From NCBI RefSeq assembly GCF_055900595.2, contig NZ_CM148325.1: a DNA stretch of 64,000 bases, one strand, 5' to 3'. The position numbers were made by a program, and so were the translations under genes. The first letter of the stretch is position 1, and every line of letters begins with the position of its first letter. Below are positions 9,790 through 20,273 of this stretch, one piece after another. The notes under the pieces are model-generated. The model was not told the origin of the DNA. It made no database searches and was given only the letters and a program-made list of their open reading frames with translations.

Positions 9790-9811
9790 TTCGATTCCGA
9801 GTCCGGCACCA
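9790..9811 (+). repeat. tRNA-Phe 3'-end fragment (attR-type direct repeat of island integration site)
   Basis: TTCGATTCCGAGTCCGGCACCA matches the 3' end of E. coli tRNA-Phe (TTCGATTCCGAGTCCGGGCACCA) with one G missing; upstream sequence does not continue as tRNA. Confidence 0.7.
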
Positions 9812-9822
9812 AATTCATATAA

Positions 9823-9848
9823 ACGGACCTCCACGGAGGTCCGTTTTT
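9823..9848 (+). terminator. Rho-independent terminator (native pheU terminator)
   Basis: Perfect inverted repeat ACGGACCTCC / GGAGGTCCGT followed by TTTTT. Confidence 0.75.
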
Positions 9849-10442
9849 CGTTTCAGGACGCCATGTGATTTAAGCGTTCTGCCTTCAAATCATTTCTAAC
9901 AATCTCAACCAAATTTTCCCTAATCGCCAGCATGTTACGGGTATACCCCAGCTCTGGGAAATTTATCCCTAAGCTATGAATGACTCTCACGAAATGTCGT
10001 GCGGCTGCGTGATGCAGTTGAAAATCAAATGATGTCATCAAGAGCTTAACGGTATCGTTGCCGATGACATATATAAAGCACAACCTCGGGCAGAACGCCG
10101 ACTGATGAGATTTTCTGAATGAGAACAAAGAGTAATGTCTCAGTTCGTTTGCTCATGCAAAGACTAATAATCCATGAAAATAGTAAGTGCTCTGAGAAAT
10201 TTTCCATGGATTATTTTCTGAACATTTTTCTTTGGCAAAGATGATGAATTTTGATGATAAGGAATATTACTTCTGGTTCTCAGTAAACTCCTTTCGTAAT
10301 ACTATGTAATCAAGAAGTTTATGGCGGGTAAAAATAACGTCTTACATTCACCAACAATATGTAAATAAACCCATCTATAGATGGTAAAAATAGGTCATGG
10401 CAATTATCATTGAACCATTCCCTTTTCGAATGAGTTTCTATT

Positions 10443-11152
10443 ATGCAACAACCTGTAGTTCGCGTTGGCGAATGGCTTGTTACTCCGTCCATAAACCAAA
10501 TTAGCCGCAATGGGCGTCAACTTACCCTTGAGCCGAGATTAATCGATCTTCTGGTTTTCTTTGCTCAACACAGTGGCGAAGTACTTAGCAGGGATGAACT
10601 TATCGATAATGTCTGGAAGAGAAGTATTGTCACCAATCACGTTGTGACGCAGAGTATCTCAGAACTACGTAAGTCATTAAAAGATAATGATGAAGATAGT
10701 CCTGTCTATATCGCTACTGTACCAAAGCGCGGCTATAAATTAATGGTGCCGGTTATCTGGTACAGCGAAGAAGAGGGAGAGGAAATAATGCTATCTTCGC
10801 CTCCCCCTATACCAGAGGCGGTTCCTGACACAGATTCTCCCTCCCAAAGTCTTAACATTCAAAACACCGCAACACCACCTGAACAATCCCCAGTTAAAAG
10901 CAAACGATTCACTACCTTTTGGGTATGGTTTTTTTTCCTGTTGTCGTTAGGTATCTGTGTAGCACTGGTAGCGTTTTCAAGTCTTGATACACGTCTTCCT
11001 ATGAGCAAATCGCGTATTTTGCTCAATCCACGCGATATTGACATTAATATGGTAAATAAAAGTTGTAACAGCTGGAGTTCCCCGTATCAGCTCTCTTACG
11101 CGATAGGCGTGGGTGATTTGGTGGCGACATCACTTAACACCTTCTCCACCTT
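10443..11152 (+). pseudogene. cadC: cadC 5' fragment (DNA-binding domain and transmembrane segment) truncated by IS1 insertion
   Basis: ORF MQQPVVRVGEWLVTPSINQISRNGRQLTLEPRLIDLL... equals CadC N-terminus; reading frame runs into IS1 and ends 6 codons later (VMLPTY-stop at 11174). Confidence 0.9.
11144..11152. repeat. IS1 target-site duplication, left copy (CTCCACCTT)
   Basis: Identical 9-bp sequence immediately flanks both IS1 ends. Confidence 0.85.
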
Positions 11153-11207
11153 GGTGATGCTGCCAACTTACTGATTTAGTGTATGATGGTGTTTTTGAGG
11201 TGCTCCA

Positions 11208-11483
11208 GTGGCTTCTGTTTCTATCAGCTGTCCCTCCTGTTCAGCTACTGACGGGGTGGTGCGTAACGGCAAAAGCACCGCCGGACATCAGCGCTATCTC
11301 TGCTCTCACTGCCGTAAAACATGGCAACTGCAGTTCACTTACACCGCTTCTCAACCCGGTACGCACCAGAAAATCATTGATATGGCCATGAATGGCGTTG
11401 GATGCCGGGCAACTGCCCGCATTATGGGCGTTGGCCTCAACACGATTTTACGTCACTTAAAAAACTCAGGCCGCAGTCGGTAA
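11208..11483 (+). CDS. insA: IS1 InsA (transposition repressor / N-terminal part of InsAB' transposase)
   Basis: 91-aa [94 protein letters not shown]. Confidence 0.95.
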
Positions 11484-11905
11484 CCTCGCGCATACAGCCG
11501 GGCAGTGACGTCATCGTCTGTGCGGAAATGGACGAACAGTGGGGCTATGTCGGGGCTAAATCGCGCCAGCGCTGGCTGTTTTACGCGTATGACAGGCTCC
11601 GGAAGACGGTTGTTGCGCACGTATTCGGTGAACGCACTATGGCGACGCTGGGGCGTCTTATGAGCCTGCTGTCACCCTTTGACGTGGTGATATGGATGAC
11701 GGATGGCTGGCCGCTGTATGAATCCCGCCTGAAGGGAAAGCTGCACGTAATCAGCAAGCGATATACGCAGCGAATTGAGCGGCATAACCTGAATCTGAGG
11801 CAGCACCTGGCACGGCTGGGACGGAAGTCGCTGTCGTTCTCAAAATCGGTGGAGCTGCATGACAAAGTCATCGGGCATTATCTGAACATAAAACACTATC
11901 AATAA
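11402..11905 (+). CDS. insB: IS1 InsB (C-terminal part of InsAB' transposase)
   Basis: 167-aa ORF matching IS1 InsB (…[33 protein letters not shown]…). Confidence 0.95.
11457..11465 (+). promoter_or_regulatory. IS1 programmed -1 ribosomal frameshift site (A6C motif TTAAAAAAC)
   Basis: Sequence TTAAAAAAC at the insA/insB overlap, the known site producing InsAB' transposase. Confidence 0.75.
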
Positions 11906-11920
11906 GTTGGAGTCATTACC

Positions 11921-11929
11921 CTCCACCTT
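11921..11929. repeat. IS1 target-site duplication, right copy (CTCCACCTT)
   Basis: Identical to 11144-11152. Confidence 0.85.
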
Positions 11930-12758
11930 TATGGTGCATGACAAAATCAACTACAACATTGATGAACCGAGCAGTTCCGGTAAAACATTATCTATTGCGT
12001 TTGTTAATCAGCGCCAATACCGTGCTCAACAATGCTTTATGTCGGTAAAATTGGTAGACAATGCAGATGGTTCAACCATGCTGGATAAACGTTATGTCAT
12101 CACTAACGGTAATCAGCTGGCGATTCAAAATGATTTACTGGAGAGTTTATCAAAAGCGTTAAACCAACCGTGGCCACAACGAATGCAGGAGATGCTCCAG
12201 CAAATTTTGCCTCATCGTGGTGCGTTATTAACTAATTTTTATCAGGCACATGATTATTTACTGCATGGCGATGATAAATCATTGAACCGTGCCAGTGAAT
12301 TACTAGGTGAGATTGTTCAATCATCCCCCGAATTTACCTACGCGAGAGCAGAAAAAGCATTAGTTGATATCGTGCGCCATTCTCAACATCCTTTAGATGA
12401 AAAACAATTAGCAGCACTGAATACAGAAATAGATAACATTGTTACACTGCCGGAATTGAACAACCTGTCCATTATATATCAAATAAAAGCGGTCAGTGCT
12501 CTGGTAAAAGGTAAAACAGATGAGTCTTACCAGGCGATAAATACTGGCATTGATCTTGAAATGTCCTGGCTAAATTATGTGTTGCTTGGCAAGGTTTATG
12601 AAATGAAGGGGATGAACCGGGAAGCAGCTGATGCATATCTCACCGCCTTTAATTTACGCCCAGGGGCAAACACCCTTTACTGGATTGAAAATGGTATATT
12701 CCAGACTTCTGTTCCTTATGTTGTACCTTATCTCGACAAATTTCTCGCCTCAGAATAA
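11921..12758 (+). pseudogene. cadC: cadC 3' fragment (periplasmic sensor domain) separated from its 5' part by IS1
   Basis: Frame reading STFMVHDKINYNIDEPSSSGKTLSIAFVNQRQYRAQQCF... to stop at 12758 matches the CadC periplasmic domain. Confidence 0.9.
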
Positions 12759-13122
12759 GTGACTCCCGGGTTGACTCATGCTCGGGAATATTTGTTGTTG
12801 ATTTTTTGTATGTTATTGTTGGTATAATATGTTGCGGCAATTTATTTGCCGCATAATTTTTATCACATAAATTTAACCATGGAATATTCTGCAATCTATT
12901 GTAAACATTGAATGTTTATCTTTTCATGATATCAACTTGCGATCCTGATGTGTTAATAAAAAACCTCAAGTTCTCACTTACAGAAACTTTTGTGTTATTT
13001 CACCTAATCTTTAGGATTAATCTTTTTTTTTGAGTAATCTTGTCGCCAGTTTGGTCTGGTCAGTAAATAGTTACGCATCATGACCCGGACTCCAAATTCA
13101 AAAATGAAATTAGGAGAAGAGC
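12759..13122 (+). promoter_or_regulatory. cadBA promoter region (Pcad; CadC-binding region inferred)
   Basis: AT-rich 364-bp intergenic region upstream of cadB; position-based inference from the known cad operon organisation, individual sites not mapped. Confidence 0.45.
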
Positions 13123-14457
13123 ATGAGTTCTGCCAAGAAGATCGGGCTATTTGCCTGTACCGGTGTTGTTGCCGGTAATATGATGGGGAGCGGCATTGCA
13201 TTATTGCCTGCGAACCTTGCAAGTATCGGTGGTATTGCTATCTGGGGTTGGATTATCTCTATTATTGGTGCAATGTCGTTGGCTTATGTATATGCCCGAC
13301 TGGCAACAAAAAACCCGCAACAAGGTGGCCCAATTGCTTATGCCGGAGAAATTTCTCCTGCATTTGGTTTTCAGACAGGTGTTCTTTATTACCATGCTAA
13401 CTGGATTGGTAACCTGGCGATTGGTATTACCGCTGTATCTTATCTTTCCACCTTCTTCCCTGTATTAAATGATCCTGTTCCGGCGGGTATCGCTTGTATT
13501 GCTATCGTCTGGGTATTTACCTTTGTAAATATGCTCGGCGGTACCTGGGTAAGCCGTTTAACCACTATTGGTCTGGTGCTGGTTCTTATTCCTGTAGTTA
13601 TGACTGCTATTGTTGGCTGGCATTGGTTTGATGCTGCAACTTATGCTGCTAACTGGAATACCGCAGGTACTACTGATGGTCATGCGATCATTAAAAGTAT
13701 TCTGCTCTGCCTGTGGGCCTTCGTGGGTGTTGAATCCGCAGCGGTAAGTACTGGTATGGTTAAAAACCCGAAACGTACCGTTCCGCTGGCAACCATGCTG
13801 GGTACTGGTTTAGCAGGTATTGTTTACATCGCTGCGACTCAGGTGCTTTCCGGTATGTATCCGTCTTCTGTAATGGCAGGCTCCGGTGCTCCGTTTGCAA
13901 TCAGTGCTTCTACTATCCTGGGTAACTGGGCTGCGCCGATGGTTTCTGCATTCACCGCTTTTGCGTGCCTGACTTCTCTGGGCTCCTGGATGATGCTGGT
14001 AGGTCAGGCAGGTGTGCGTGCCGCTAACGACGGTAACTTCCCGAAAGTTTATGGTGAAGTCGACAGCAACGGTATTCCGAAAAAAGGTCTGCTGCTGGCT
14101 GCAGTGAAAATGACTGCCCTGATGATCCTCATCACTCTGATGAACTCTGCCGGTGGTAAAGCATCTGACCTGTTCGGTGAACTGACCGGTATCGCAGTAC
14201 TGCTGACTATGCTGCCGTACTTCTACTCTTGCGTTGACCTGATTCGTTTTGAAGGCGTTAACATCCGCAACTTTGTCAGCCTGATCTGCTCTGTACTGGG
14301 TTGCGTGTTCTGCTTCATCGCGCTAATGGGCGCAAGCTCCTTCGAGCTGGCAGGTACCTTCATCGTCAGCCTGATTATCCTGATGTTCTACGCTCGCAAA
14401 ATGCACGAGCGCCAGAGCCACTCAATGGATAACCACACAGCGTCTAACGCACATTAA
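13123..14457 (+). CDS. cadB: Lysine:cadaverine antiporter
   Basis: 444-aa [40 protein letters not shown]...; APC-family transporter; conserved position. Confidence 0.95.
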   Translation: MSSAKKIGLFACTGVVAGNMMGSGIALLPANLASIGGIAIWGWIISIIGAMSLAYVYARLATKNPQQGGPIAYAGEISPAFGFQTGVLYYHANWIGNLAIGITAVSYLSTFFPVLNDPVPAGIACIAIVWVFTFVNMLGGTWVSRLTTIGLVLVLIPVVMTAIVGWHWFDAATYAANWNTAGTTDGHAIIKSILLCLWAFVGVESAAVSTGMVKNPKRTVPLATMLGTGLAGIVYIAATQVLSGMYPSSVMAGSGAPFAISASTILGNWAAPMVSAFTAFACLTSLGSWMMLVGQAGVRAANDGNFPKVYGEVDSNGIPKKGLLLAAVKMTALMILITLMNSAGGKASDLFGELTGIAVLLTMLPYFYSCVDLIRFEGVNIRNFVSLICSVLGCVFCFIALMGASSFELAGTFIVSLIILMFYARKMHERQSHSMDNHTASNAH

Positions 14458-14536
14458 TTAAAAGTATTTTCCGAGGCTCCTCCTTTCATTTTGTCCCATG
14501 TGTTGGGAGGGGCCTTTTTTACCTGGAGATATGACT

Positions 14537-16684
14537 ATGAACGTTATTGCAATATTGAATCACATGGGGGTTTATTTTAAAGAAGAACCCATCCGTGAAC
14601 TTCATCGCGCGCTTGAACGTCTGAACTTCCAGATTGTTTACCCGAATGACCGTGACGACTTATTAAAACTGATCGAAAACAATGCGCGTCTGTGCGGTGT
14701 TATTTTTGACTGGGATAAATATAATCTCGAGCTGTGCGAAGAAATTAGCAAAATGAACGAGAACCTGCCGTTGTACGCGTTCGCTAATACGTATTCCACT
14801 CTCGATGTCAGCCTGAATGACCTGCGTTTACAGATTAGCTTCTTTGAATATGCGCTGGGTGCTGCTGATGATATTGCTAACAAGATCAAGCAGACCACTG
14901 ACGAATATATCAACACTATTCTGCCTCCGCTGACCAAAGCACTGTTTAAATATGTTCGTGAAGGTAAATATACTTTCTGTACTCCTGGTCACATGGGCGG
15001 TACTGCATTCCAGAAAAGCCCGGTAGGTAGCCTGTTCTATGATTTCTTTGGTCCGAACACCATGAAATCTGATATTTCCATTTCAGTATCTGAACTGGGT
15101 TCTCTGCTGGATCACAGTGGTCCACACAAAGAAGCAGAACAGTATATCGCTCGCGTATTTAACGCAGACCGCAGCTACATGGTGACCAACGGTACTTCCA
15201 CTGCGAACAAAATTGTTGGTATGTACTCTGCTCCGGCAGGCAGCACCATTCTGATTGACCGTAACTGCCACAAATCGCTGACCCACCTGATGATGATGAG
15301 CGATGTTACGCCAATCTATTTCCGCCCGACCCGTAACGCTTACGGTATTCTTGGTGGTATCCCACAGAGTGAATTCCAGCACGCTACCATTGCTAAGCGC
15401 GTAAAAGAAACACCAAACGCGACCTGGCCGGTACATGCCGTAATTACTAACTCTACCTATGATGGCCTGCTGTACAACACCGACTTCATTAAGAAAACGC
15501 TGGATGTGAAATCCATCCACTTTGACTCCGCGTGGGTGCCTTACACCAACTTCTCACCGATTTACGAAGGTAAATGCGGTATGAGCGGTGGCCGTGTAGA
15601 AGGGAAAGTGATTTACGAAACCCAGTCTACTCACAAACTGCTGGCGGCGTTCTCTCAGGCTTCCATGATCCACGTTAAAGGTGATGTAAACGAAGAAACC
15701 TTTAACGAAGCCTACATGATGCACACCACCACTTCTCCGCACTACGGTATCGTGGCGTCCACTGAAACCGCTGCGGCGATGATGAAAGGTAATGCTGGTA
15801 AGCGTCTGATCAACGGTTCCATTGAACGTGCGATCAAGTTCCGTAAAGAGATCAAACGCCTGAGAACGGAATCTGATGGCTGGTTCTTTGATGTATGGCA
15901 GCCGGATCATATCGATACCACTGAATGCTGGCCGCTGCGTTCTGACAGCTCCTGGCACGGCTTCAAGAACATCGACAATGAGCACATGTATCTTGACCCG
16001 ATTAAAGTCACCCTGCTGACTCCGGGGATGGAAAAAGACGGCACCATGAGCGACTTCGGTATTCCGGCCAGCATCGTGGCGAAATACCTCGACGAACATG
16101 GCATCGTTGTTGAGAAAACCGGTCCGTATAACCTGCTGTTCCTGTTCAGCATCGGTATCGATAAGACCAAAGCACTGAGCCTGCTGCGTGCTCTGACTGA
16201 CTTCAAACGTGCGTTCGACCTGAACCTGCGTGTGAAAAACATGCTGCCGTCTCTGTATCGTGAAGATCCTGAATTCTATGAAAACATGCGTATTCAGGAA
16301 CTGGCTCAGAATATCCACAAACTGATTGTTCACCACAATCTGCCGGATCTGATGTATCGCGCATTTGAAGTGCTGCCGACTATGGTAATGACTCCATATG
16401 CTGCGTTCCAGAAAGAGCTGCACGGTATGACCGAAGAAGTTTACCTCGACGAAATGGTAGGTCGTATTAACGCCAATATGATCCTTCCGTATCCGCCGGG
16501 AGTTCCTCTGGTAATGCCGGGTGAAATGATCACCGAAGAAAGCCGTCCGGTGCTGGAGTTCCTGCAGATGCTGTGTGAAATCGGCGCTCACTATCCGGGC
16601 TTTGAAACCGATATTCACGGTGCATACCGTCAGGCTGATGGTCGCTATACCGTTAAGGTATTGAAAGACGAAAGCAAAAAATAA
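14537..16684 (+). CDS. cadA: Inducible lysine decarboxylase
   Basis: 715-aa frame from ATG 14537 (MNVIAILNHMGVYFKEEPIRELHRALERLNFQIVYPNDRDD...) matching CadA; intact. Confidence 0.95.
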   Translation: MNVIAILNHMGVYFKEEPIRELHRALERLNFQIVYPNDRDDLLKLIENNARLCGVIFDWDKYNLELCEEISKMNENLPLYAFANTYSTLDVSLNDLRLQISFFEYALGAADDIANKIKQTTDEYINTILPPLTKALFKYVREGKYTFCTPGHMGGTAFQKSPVGSLFYDFFGPNTMKSDISISVSELGSLLDHSGPHKEAEQYIARVFNADRSYMVTNGTSTANKIVGMYSAPAGSTILIDRNCHKSLTHLMMMSDVTPIYFRPTRNAYGILGGIPQSEFQHATIAKRVKETPNATWPVHAVITNSTYDGLLYNTDFIKKTLDVKSIHFDSAWVPYTNFSPIYEGKCGMSGGRVEGKVIYETQSTHKLLAAFSQASMIHVKGDVNEETFNEAYMMHTTTSPHYGIVASTETAAAMMKGNAGKRLINGSIERAIKFRKEIKRLRTESDGWFFDVWQPDHIDTTECWPLRSDSSWHGFKNIDNEHMYLDPIKVTLLTPGMEKDGTMSDFGIPASIVAKYLDEHGIVVEKTGPYNLLFLFSIGIDKTKALSLLRALTDFKRAFDLNLRVKNMLPSLYREDPEFYENMRIQELAQNIHKLIVHHNLPDLMYRAFEVLPTMVMTPYAAFQKELHGMTEEVYLDEMVGRINANMILPYPPGVPLVMPGEMITEESRPVLEFLQMLCEIGAHYPGFETDIHGAYRQADGRYTVKVLKDESKK

Positions 16685-16693
16685 TTAGCTCGT

Positions 16694-16726
16694 ACAAGGG
16701 AAGTGGCTTGCCACTTCCCTTTTTTG
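16694..16726 (+). terminator. Rho-independent terminator downstream of cadA
   Basis: GGGAAGTGGC/GCCACTTCCC hairpin followed by TTTTTT. Confidence 0.65.
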
Positions 16727-16742
16727 CTCATAAGGAGAACAC

Positions 16743-18200
16743 ATGAAAACACCCTCACAGCCGCGCGCGATATACTATATCGTGGCGATCCAAATCTGGG
16801 AGTACTTCAGTTTTTACGGCATGCGTGCCTTACTCATTCTCTATCTCACCCATCAGCTTGGTTTTGATGATAACCATGCCATCAGCCTGTTCAGCGCATA
16901 TGCATCTCTGGTTTACGTTACCCCTATTCTCGGCGGCTGGCTTGCCGACCGCCTGCTCGGCAATCGTACTGCGGTAATTGCCGGCGCGCTGTTAATGACC
17001 CTTGGCCATGTAGTGCTGGGCATTGATACAAATTCAACCTTTAGCCTGTATCTGGCGCTGGCAATCATTATTTGTGGCTACGGTTTATTCAAATCAAACA
17101 TCAGCTGTTTGCTTGGCGAGCTCTACGACGAGAACGATCATCGACGTGATGGCGGTTTTTCGCTGCTGTATGCTGCGGGCAATATCGGTTCTATCGCAGC
17201 CCCCATCGCCTGCGGCCTGGCTGCTCAGTGGTATGGATGGCATGTTGGCTTTGCCCTTGCGGGTGGCGGCATGTTTATCGGTTTGTTGATTTTCTTAAGC
17301 GGTCATCGTCATTTCCAGTCAACGCGTAGTATGGATAAAAAAGCGCTCACTCGCGTGAAATTTGCCTTACCGGTATGGAGCTGGTTAGTGGTGATGCTCT
17401 GTTTAGCCCCAGTATTTTTTACCCTACTGCTGGAGAACGACTGGTCCGGATATTTGCTGGCGATCGTTTGCCTTATTGCTGCACAAATCATTGCCCGCAT
17501 GATGATCAAATACCCCGAACACCGTCGTGCTCTTTGGCAAATTGTATTGTTGATGTTTGTCGGGACGTTGTTCTGGGTACTGGCACAACAGGGCGGCAGT
17601 ACCATCAGTTTGTTTATCGATCGCTTTGTGAATCGTCAGGCATTCAATATTGAAGTACCTACTGCACTATTCCAGTCAGTGAACGCAATTGCGGTGATGC
17701 TCGCTGGGGTTGTTCTGGCCTGGCTGGCGTCGCCAGAAAGCCACGGCAACTCAACATTGCGCGTCTGGCTGAAGTTTGCCTTTGGCTTACTGCTGATGGC
17801 TTGTGGCTTTATGTTGCTGGCATTTGATGCCCGACATGCAGCGGCTGACGGTCAAGCGTCAATGGGCGTGATGATATCCGGGCTGGCGCTAATGGGCTTT
17901 GCCGAACTCTTTATTGACCCGGTGGCGATTGCGCAAATCACGCGTCTGAAAATGTCTGGCGTATTAACCGGGATTTATATGCTGGCAACAGGCGCGGTCG
18001 CCAACTGGCTGGCAGGCGTAGTGGCACAGCAGACGACAGAGTCGCAAATTAGCGGTATGGCAATTGCAGCTTACCAGCGATTCTTTTCTCAGATGGGAGA
18101 GTGGACGTTGGCTTGTGTCGCGATCATCGTCGTATTGGCCTTTGCTGCCCGTTTTCTGTTTAGCACGCCGACGAATATGATACAGGAGAGCAACGATTAA
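16743..18200 (+). CDS. dtpC: Dipeptide/tripeptide:H+ permease DtpC (YjdL)
   Basis: 485-aa POT-family [39 protein letters not shown]... Confidence 0.9.
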   Translation: MKTPSQPRAIYYIVAIQIWEYFSFYGMRALLILYLTHQLGFDDNHAISLFSAYASLVYVTPILGGWLADRLLGNRTAVIAGALLMTLGHVVLGIDTNSTFSLYLALAIIICGYGLFKSNISCLLGELYDENDHRRDGGFSLLYAAGNIGSIAAPIACGLAAQWYGWHVGFALAGGGMFIGLLIFLSGHRHFQSTRSMDKKALTRVKFALPVWSWLVVMLCLAPVFFTLLLENDWSGYLLAIVCLIAAQIIARMMIKYPEHRRALWQIVLLMFVGTLFWVLAQQGGSTISLFIDRFVNRQAFNIEVPTALFQSVNAIAVMLAGVVLAWLASPESHGNSTLRVWLKFAFGLLLMACGFMLLAFDARHAAADGQASMGVMISGLALMGFAELFIDPVAIAQITRLKMSGVLTGIYMLATGAVANWLAGVVAQQTTESQISGMAIAAYQRFFSQMGEWTLACVAIIVVLAFAARFLFSTPTNMIQESND

Positions 18201-18436
18201 CTGTCGTAAAAACAATTGGTTATGAATAAATTAACTTTCAGTTTATCACACTAGTAAATTGAGATTAATAAGTCATTTAAACCATTTTTATGGTTATTTA
18301 TTAGTGATATCAACTTGAGGTAAGCGTTAGTTTCGATAAGATAAACTGAGTTATTAATAGTCGAGGCAGATAATACAGTGTACCGATCTGTCTCTTTATC
18401 TACGCTAAATTGAAAGCTGGATTTAGAGGAACCAAA

Positions 18437-19954
18437 ATGTCTGAACAAGAAACACGGGGAGCCAATGAGGCTATTGATTTTAACGATGAACTGAGAAATC
18501 GCCGCGAAAAACTGGCGGCACTGCGTCAGCAAGGTGTGGCGTTTCCTAATGATTTTCGCCGCGACCATACCTCTGACCAGTTGCACGAAGAGTTTGATGC
18601 GAAGGATAACCAGGAACTGGAATCCTTAAACATTGAAGTCTCGGTTGCTGGCCGAATGATGACCCGTCGTATCATGGGGAAAGCCTCCTTTGTAACGTTG
18701 CAGGATGTCGGTGGCCGTATTCAACTGTACGTTGCAAGAGATAGCCTGCCAGAAGGTGTTTATAATGATCAGTTTAAAAAATGGGACCTCGGCGACATTA
18801 TCGGTGCCCGCGGTACGCTGTTTAAGACGCAAACTGGTGAGCTTTCCATTCACTGTACTGAGTTACGCCTGCTGACTAAGGCACTGCGTCCATTGCCGGA
18901 TAAATTCCATGGCTTACAGGATCAGGAAGTCCGTTATCGTCAACGTTATCTGGACCTCATCGCTAACGATAAATCCCGTCAAACGTTTGTTGTCCGTTCA
19001 AAAATTCTGGCCGCTATCCGTCAGTTCATGGTCGCTCGCGGTTTTATGGAAGTAGAAACCCCAATGATGCAGGTAATTCCAGGTGGGGCATCTGCTCGCC
19101 CGTTTATTACCCATCATAACGCTCTGGATTTAGATATGTACCTGCGTATCGCGCCGGAGCTGTATCTGAAACGTCTGGTTGTAGGCGGTTTTGAACGGGT
19201 ATTCGAAATCAACCGTAACTTCCGTAATGAAGGTATTTCTGTTCGCCATAATCCTGAGTTCACAATGATGGAACTCTACATGGCATATGCGGATTACCAT
19301 GATTTGATTGAACTGACGGAGTCACTGTTCCGCACCCTGGCACAAGAGGTACTGGGTACCACTAAAGTCACTTATGGCGAGCATGTGTTTGATTTCGGCA
19401 AACCGTTTGAAAAACTCACCATGCGCGAAGCAATCAAAAAATATCGTCCAGAAACCGATATGGCGGATCTGGATAATTTTGATGCTGCTAAAGCATTAGC
19501 TGAATCTATCGGAATTACGGTAGAGAAAAGCTGGGGGCTGGGACGCATTGTCACGGAGATCTTTGATGAAGTGGCAGAAGCACATCTGATTCAGCCAACC
19601 TTTATCACGGAATATCCGGCAGAAGTGTCACCGCTGGCGCGCCGTAATGATGTTAACCCGGAAATCACCGACCGTTTTGAATTCTTCATCGGTGGTCGTG
19701 AAATCGGTAATGGTTTTAGCGAATTAAACGACGCAGAAGATCAGGCGGAACGTTTCCAGGAACAGGTTAACGCTAAAGCTGCAGGTGACGACGAAGCCAT
19801 GTTCTATGACGAAGATTACGTGACTGCGCTGGAATATGGTCTGCCGCCAACCGCGGGTCTGGGTATTGGTATCGACCGAATGATTATGCTGTTTACTAAC
19901 AGCCATACTATTCGCGACGTTATTCTCTTCCCGGCGATGCGTCCACAGAAATAA
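18437..19954 (+). CDS. lysU: Lysine--tRNA ligase, heat-inducible
   Basis: 505-aa frame from ATG 18437 ([33 protein letters not shown]...); lysU rather than lysS inferred from cad/dtpC context. Confidence 0.9.
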
Positions 19955-20072
19955 ATTTCATTTTAACGAACGAAGCAGTCAGACGACTGCTTCGTTCGTC
20001 GTTCCACAAATCCAGTTTCGAGGAGAGACGCTTCGTTTCAAGATAACCAGCGGGTCCACTCAACTACAGCTC

Positions 20073-20246
20073 CTAAAAGAGAGAAAAAAGCAATGCCACA
20101 GGCAGACTCATTGGCCAGGTTATTCCGACCAGAAATGCACTAAGTAAACGAATATGTGTTTTCTCATGTGAGATAAACCAGATAATGACAAAGGATATGT
20201 TCACACCAATCACATAAAAAATTAATATTTTAGAGAATAGTGCCAT
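20073..20246 (-). CDS. ghoT: Type V toxin GhoT (small membrane-lytic peptide, 57 aa)
   Basis: Hand-translated minus-strand ORF MALFSKILIFYVIGVNISFVIIWFISHEKTHIRLLSAFLVGITWPMSLPVALLFSLF; below ORF-track size cutoff. Confidence 0.85.
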   Translation of the reverse strand: MALFSKILIFYVIGVNISFVIIWFISHEKTHIRLLSAFLVGITWPMSLPVALLFSLF

Positions 20247-20273
20247 TTTTTATGTTCTTCTTATCCTTCCTGA

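Larger units (their letters stand above)
11153..11920 (+). mobile_element. Insertion sequence IS1 (768 bp) with terminal inverted repeats
   Basis: Starts GGTGATGCTGCCAACTTACTGAT and ends ATCAATAAGTTGGAGTCATTACC; contains insA and insB in canonical arrangement. Confidence 0.95.

Noticed and set aside
9740-9815. A complete tRNA-Phe gene
   Set aside because: Only the last 22 nt match tRNA-Phe; the upstream sequence does not encode the rest of the tRNA, so this is a fragment, not a gene.
9853-10128. 91-aa minus-strand ORF between the tRNA remnant and cadC, possibly a degenerate integrase fragment
   Set aside because: No recombinase motifs could be supported by eye and it lies in the short native pheU-cadC spacer; insufficient evidence to call.
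14458-14536. Possible terminator or attenuator hairpin between cadB and cadA (GGGAGGGGCC followed by a T-run)
   Set aside because: The stem is short and imperfect and cadBA is a known operon; not called as a terminator.
15554-16618. 354-aa minus-strand ORF
   Set aside because: It is antisense within cadA; a GC-rich shadow ORF.
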